From Hyaloraphidium curvatum SAG 235-1 (taxonomy: Eukaryota; Fungi; Monoblepharomycota), in NCBI GenBank assembly GCA_025558095.1, contig JAIVFI010000010.1, forward strand, positions 186,001 to 250,000: a DNA stretch of 64,000 nt, read 5' to 3'. A program made the position numbers and the translations under genes. This document shows, piece by piece, positions 58,688 through 64,000 of the stretch. How positions within the stretch are numbered: the stretch's first letter is position 1; each line of letters starts with the position of its first letter. The notes under the pieces are model-generated. The model had not been told where the DNA came from, searched no databases, and saw only the letters and a program-made list of their open reading frames with translations.

Positions 58688-60604
58688 TTAGTCTCTTGCG
58701 AATACATCGAGGCAAGAGCTACGTGCGATGTCCTCTTCCAAAGCTTCGACTTCCGTGCTGATGCCCTGCAGATCGTTCCTGCCAAGCGCAGATCGCAGCC
58801 TCTCTGCCGACGTCTCCATCCGAGAGAGAACCCAGAGGAATCCCCGCTTGGCATTCGCGTCTTTGCGATCACCGTGCGCTATTGCCGCAGTCGCTGTTCT
58901 CAGAAGCACCTCAAGCCTCCGCCCTCGTCCTTCCGCTACGAGTAGATTCAATCTCCGGAGATCATATGTGGCTTCCTCGGACATGTTGTCGGGATCTGCA
59001 GCTTGCCGCTCCAAAAGATCGGCAACGTGCGAAACGCAGAAAACGACGTGGGCTAGAGCTCTGCAAATGGTCTTGGCGGCTTGCACGGTAGTCGAAGACC
59101 GGTGCAAAGTGTCCGGCCACATCAACTCGACACCAGCGCTGAAGAAAGGTTCACCAAAGCCCAGGCCTAGCGCAGCCTCCGAAGCTCTTCGCAAGACGCT
59201 GGTCAGAGTGCCCAAGAGCCGCATGCACACCGCCAGAGGGTGGAAGCGCGAACGGTAGGCCCCGACGCCTGATACAACTGGTGCCAGGGATGAGCTCACT
59301 TCCGACGCTCTCGCAAAGAGAAACACGACCACTTCAATGAGCCTGCAGCACACGGCACTGCATATGTTGAGTTCAGCGTTGCTTGCTTCGCCGTGCGACA
59401 CGCGGTCGCGAACGCGTGGCCCGGCTGGAAGAACAAACAGATCATGGGCAAGATTCTGCGAGGGGTTTATCTCCATCAAGGCCGATTGCTCGGGTCTACG
59501 CACCATAAATCCTTCTCCCATGTGTTGTCGCAACGTGTTCGCTCTCCCTTCCCCTTCACCTGTTAGGCTTCCAGCGAGGAGGGCGTCTAGATCAAGATAC
59601 TTGGCCCCGGCCTCCGCAGTCAGCAGCAATGTCTCCGGCAGGGAGTTCATCGAAACGAATGTGTGACGGAGATGCTCCTCAAAAAGCGGAAGCAGAGCAG
59701 AAACTAGCTCCAGGCTCGAAATGCCCGGCGATGAAACCATTTGCCATGATGGCAGCGTGCTTCGTAGAGTGAACGGGCTGGCGGCGAAAAAGCCACATAG
59801 ATTCACTGCCATCGGTCGCCAATCCTCGCCTTCGCAGCTGCCTGAGCCATCACAGTAGAAGCCGTGCAAGGATGTCTTGTACGACGGCGAAATTGTCAAA
59901 TGGCATAGCTTGTCGGCAACACTATCGAGAATCAGCAGCAATAGACTCGCGTACGCCCCAGCGCTGGGACCAAAATCGGAAGCATGGGCAAATCCGTGCC
60001 ACGATATGTTCCGCAGGTTGAACGACTGCACGGGCCCGATGAGAACTTGCAGAAATGCGGCCGTCTCTCGCCCCAGAGCCGCCACTAGTGGTTGCATGAG
60101 GAGGACATCTCTCAAGAGAAAGGGGACCTGGGGCTCAGCGATACCTGCAACCGCTTTGAGCACATCCTTGAGGTAGCGCTCGATAGTACTCGTCAACAAG
60201 AGCAAGGAAAGGAGCTGCCTCCCAGGGTCTCCAGGGTCTCCATGCGGACGCGCAGTTCGAAGGATGACTTCGACGTCGTGGGGCAACGACGCAGCTTTGA
60301 TGTCCTTTCCAGACCCGAGAGCGGAATGCGCAAGGATAGCTGCCTCATGCACTGCCCGGATCGTGCCATCGTTGAGCGGGAATGTCGCCTCCACGTCCCG
60401 CGAGAGACGTTCCAGCACAACGGCAGCGGTGGAGCCAAGGGACGAGGTCGGACGCGGTTCGACGCAGAAATAGCCGAGCGCTGGCGTGTGAGCCGGGCTG
60501 TCAAATCCCTTGCAGGAAGAAAACGCCAGAGTCCCGGCTCCACTTTCCGTCTGACTGGGCCGGAGCGCCCTTTTTCGCCGGCCTTTTGAGGCCATCGGAG
60601 CCAT
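58688..60604 (-). CDS. ERMARD/DUF4209-family protein
   Basis: [52 protein letters not shown]. Start uncertain (60604 or 60595); in-frame introns are possible. Confidence 0.72.
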   Translation of the reverse strand: MAPMASKGRRKRALRPSQTESGAGTLAFSSCKGFDSPAHTPALGYFCVEPRPTSSLGSTAAVVLERLSRDVEATFPLNDGTIRAVHEAAILAHSALGSGKDIKAASLPHDVEVILRTARPHGDPGDPGRQLLSLLLLTSTIERYLKDVLKAVAGIAEPQVPFLLRDVLLMQPLVAALGRETAAFLQVLIGPVQSFNLRNISWHGFAHASDFGPSAGAYASLLLLILDSVADKLCHLTISPSYKTSLHGFYCDGSGSCEGEDWRPMAVNLCGFFAASPFTLRSTLPSWQMVSSPGISSLELVSALLPLFEEHLRHTFVSMNSLPETLLLTAEAGAKYLDLDALLAGSLTGEGEGRANTLRQHMGEGFMVRRPEQSALMEINPSQNLAHDLFVLPAGPRVRDRVSHGEASNAELNICSAVCCRLIEVVVFLFARASEVSSSLAPVVSGVGAYRSRFHPLAVCMRLLGTLTSVLRRASEAALGLGFGEPFFSAGVELMWPDTLHRSSTTVQAAKTICRALAHVVFCVSHVADLLERQAADPDNMSEEATYDLRRLNLLVAEGRGRRLEVLLRTATAAIAHGDRKDANAKRGFLWVLSRMETSAERLRSALGRNDLQGISTEVEALEEDIARSSCLDVFARD

Positions 60605-61943
60605 GGTGGGCCAGGGAGTCGAGATTCTGCGGCGGAACTCGTCTCATGCGGCGTTGCCGGCGACAGAGGCCCATCCTGCTCCACGGCCACGAACGCGCCC
60701 TGACCCGCGTGCGGTACAATGTCGACGGCGATTTGCTCTTTTCGGTGGCGAAGGACAACAAGCCGACGTGCTGGTTCTCGCACAACGGAGAGCGGCTGGG
60801 GACTTTCGACGGCCACAACGGCGCGTGCTGGGACATTGCCGTGAACGGTGGGCTCCTTTTCGTGGCACGGATCTTGCGTCAGCGGACATTGACAAAGGCT
60901 CTTCTTGCGGCGGATCCCCCTCTCTGTTCATCGATTTGCCTTGACGGTCGATGTGCGCAGACGAGTCCACGCGGGTCCTCACCGGCGCCGGTGACAACAC
61001 CTGCAAGCTTTGGGACATCCGGACGGGCAAATGCCTGTTCACTTGGGACACGAGGAGTGCGGTGCGGTCCGTGGACTTTGGCATGGGAGGTCGGATAGCG
61101 CTTTTCACGACGGACGCGACGATGGGGAACACTTCGGAACTCAACATTGTCGAGATTGCCGAGGACCCGGCGGACCGTGCGTTTTCATCGAGGCTGAATT
61201 GCGCTTCCGGATCGCTGATTGGGAATGCTGTCTTCAGAGACCAACGAGATCATCCTGACCATTCGGATCCCCAAGCCGAAAGCGACAATCGCCCGTTGGG
61301 GTAATCTGAACCGAGTCATCTTTACCGGGCACGAGGACGGGACGGTCACGCAATGGGATCCCGAGGTAGGTTGTCGTGCACTTTTGGCGTGGACGTCTCG
61401 CTTACGTTTCGTCAGACCGGGGCTGCGATCGACAAGGTCCGGCCGCACACCGCTGCGATCCAGGACCTGCAGTTCGACTCGTTCAAGAGCATGTTCATCA
61501 CGGCGTCGAAGGATCACACCGCGCAGCTCCACGACGCCGAGACGCTCAAGCCACTGAAGCGGTTCCAAACGGAGCGGAACGTGAACGGGGCCGCAATCAG
61601 CCCCATCCGGAATCACATCATCCTCGGCGGCGGGCAGGAGGCAATGAGCGTAACCACGACGTCGGCCAGGGCCGGCAAGTTCGAGGTACGCTTCTTCCAC
61701 GCCGTTCTGGAGGAGGAAATCGGGCGCGTCAAGGGACACTTCGGCCCGATCAACACCGTGGCATTCCACCCCAATGGGCGGAGGTACGTGGCAGTTACGA
61801 GCGCTGTCTTTTCGTCGTTTGACACGGTCCTGTCCGCCAGTTTCGCCAGTGGCGGAGAGGACGGGTACGTGCGGATTCACCACTTGGATCCGGACTACTT
61901 CACGTTCAAATTCGACGACGAGAAGCTGCCTGCCGAAAATTGA
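60603..61943 (+). CDS. TIF34: Translation initiation factor eIF3 subunit I (WD40), multi-exon
   Basis: M|[63 protein letters not shown]. Confidence 0.95.
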
Positions 61944-62170
61944 TCTGATTGATGTATACCTTGCCTGAATCGATGGCGTGAAAAGCGAGTATGCGAAACT
62001 TCGTCGGATTCGACGACGCTGCAGTCAACAACGTTCAACCCTACGCTTGGCACCAGCACATCGCACCGCTAGACGACGAGAACGTTGATTCTTTGCCGTC
62101 GCTAGCACCTAGCCGCCCTTTTCGGCGGTGTCATTCTCTTTCGTGCCCTCTGGGGACGGTCTTCCCCGTC

Positions 62171-63673
62171 ATGGCGTCTCTTCTCGGACGGCTCTTCCGC
62201 GTGAGTGGACACCTTTAATGCTCTCTCATGGAAGCCATCTGATGTCTTCGCGATAGAATCCTCATTTCCATGCTCCGTTTTTGAGGACTCTGGGCTATTC
62301 ATCGCAGGGAGGTTCGGAGATTGGTGAAGCGTTCGTTACGGCCGAGCGCATCATCAATTCGGGGTCGGAAACGCGCCGAGCGTGGTGGGAAGCGTGGTCG
62401 AGCATGGCGAGATTCGTCCAGGTTGGGGGCGAAGAGAGTCTCGCCAGGGGTCACTTCGTGAGCGGTCGAGTCCTCGCTCCGTCAAGCAAACGTTGATCTG
62501 AAACTCCGCAGACCTCTGCGCGGGCCAGCTTGCTGCGTGCCACGGAGTACTATCGGGCATCGACGGCCTTCTCGGACTCGACGGACCTGAACACTCGGGC
62601 GGCGTACCACAACATGCGGTCCTGCTACGAGCATGCCGCCGACATTGCCCCGTTGAGCGTTGTCAGGACTATCATTCCCGTAGCAACGAGCTCGGGGACG
62701 ATCGACGTTCCGATCGTGTACCACCAATGCGCAGCTGCGCGGCGGGAACCCCGGCCGACGGTCCTCGCAGCGGCGGACGATTTTCTTGAGGAGACGGAAT
62801 TCTCTGTTGCCCGGCCGATGTTAGAGCGGTCTTTCAACGTCCTGACCTTTGAGGGCCCGGGTCAAGGGAGGCTTTTGAGGGACAGCGGACTGCCCATGAG
62901 AACCGATGGATGGGGCGAGATAGCCGAGGGACTCATCAAGTGGTGCGAAGCACGGGAAGATGTCGATTCTTCCAAACTGGTGGGTGATTTCGCTGGCGCA
63001 AGGGTCGCCTCCTTACGTATTGCTACAGGTCCTTTTTGGCCGGGGTTTTGGAAGTTACGCGGCTTCCAAGGCTGCCAGCCACGATTCTGTTGCTGCGAAG
63101 GTCGCAGCCCTTGTTTTGGATCCCGGAGCGACGGACCCCGAATCAATGCTGCAGGGAGCGATCGATGCGGCCGGCTCCCCGGACTTCCTGGAGCTCTACC
63201 GGAAGGCGGACCTGACCGGCATCGACCACTGGTACCGCACCCACGTCTCCACGCCGTCGGACGCGGCATTCGAAGAGGTGCCCGGCTACGATGCCTTGGA
63301 CATGCGGCGCTTCTACTTCGAGAAGCGATTCGTGGCGTTTGGATCGATCACCCTCTCGAGTTACCTGTCGTCGATCAAGGCGTTTGACGCCGCAGCATTC
63401 GCGGGTCAGATCAGGTGCCCAGTGCTGATCTGTACGAACGATTCCATCCCGGCGGTGGCGCAACGCTCGACCACTCGCCTCCTGGACTCTCTCAATGGGA
63501 CGCGAGACAAGATGATTTTGGCGTTCGATTCCCGTCGCGGAGAGTTTGGAGATTGCCAGCCGGTTGGCCACGAGGCGTTCTACCGTCAGGTGTCCTACTG
63601 GCTCAAGGATGTGCTTTTCCGCAACGGGCGCTGGGAAGGGGAACGGAAGGAGAAGGTTGCCGCGAGCGTCTGA
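62171..63673 (+). CDS. Alpha/beta-hydrolase-fold protein (FrsA/dihydropseudooxynicotine hydrolase-like), apparently lacking catalytic residues, 4 exons
   Basis: GGSEIGE, LRATEYYRAS, FEGPGQG. Nucleophile elbow reads GRGFGSY and the His loop reads GEFGDCQ. Confidence 0.75.
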
Positions 63674-63770
63674 CAATGACGGTGTTCTATTCGGACGGCC
63701 CAATCTGAAAATCTTCCCACCATTTCCTGCATTGCTGTCGTCCAATGCTTGTGTGATTCAGCTCGGAACT

Positions 63771-64000
63771 CTACGTGAGAGTCGATCCCATCGGGTTCGC
63801 CCACGCCTGGAACGAAGTCACGAGCTCGTCGAGCTGGCTCGGCAACGTTCTCTGGTTGAAGCCATGGATATTTCAGAAAGCCAGAACAAAGTGCGTTCCC
63901 AATGCTCACCTGAATGAACGCGACGGCGTACTCGCTGAAGGGCACACCGATGTGGGCCGAGTCCTTTTCGAGTCCCTGCTTGATCAGCTCCGCGGTGCGC
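63771..64000 (-). CDS. 3' end of an unidentified gene entering from beyond the window
   Basis: RTAELIKQGLEKDSAHIGVPFSEYAVAFIQ|GTGAGC intron|RTLPSQLDELVTSFQAWANPMGSTLT*. Confidence 0.5.

Noticed and set aside
1-64000. Prokaryotic operon, defence island or CRISPR interpretation, and apparent frameshifts as pseudogenes
   Set aside because: Frame changes coincide with GT-AG introns and the core genes are eukaryotic. No repeat-spacer arrays were seen.

Overview
This is a compact, GC-rich eukaryotic window with about 30 protein-coding genes. Most are split by short (about 50-60 nt) GT-AG introns with CTGAC-like branch points, so the supplied ORF track fragments them. Gene content (SWEET transporter, ERMARD/DUF4209, a complete TRAF-like protein, fungal-type POT, PDK, RPT3, RAD50, eIF3i) suggests an early-diverging, chytrid/monoblepharid-like fungus; this is an inference. 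Housekeeping genes (ABC-F, RPT3, RAD50, TIF34, mitochondrial PDK/BCKDK) are interleaved with many secreted or bacterial-looking genes. Main points: (1) a full RING-zinc finger-coiled coil-MATH (TRAF) gene sits in a tight trio with an LRR gene and a Sel1/MYND gene; (2) two very large uncharacterised secreted proteins are head-to-head; (3) a peptide transporter is duplicated in inverted orientation about 22 kb apart, and one copy has a degenerate signature and a GC-AG intron; (4) a 1,377-bp internally deleted PIF/Harbinger-group transposon with 17-bp TIRs and an ACT target duplication lies just upstream of RPT3; (5) one alpha/beta hydrolase lacks its catalytic Ser and His; (6) the predicted eIF3i and ERMARD start codons overlap. 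Exon boundaries were read by eye and family calls come from motif recognition; no database search was run. No rRNA, tRNA or CRISPR array was recognised.
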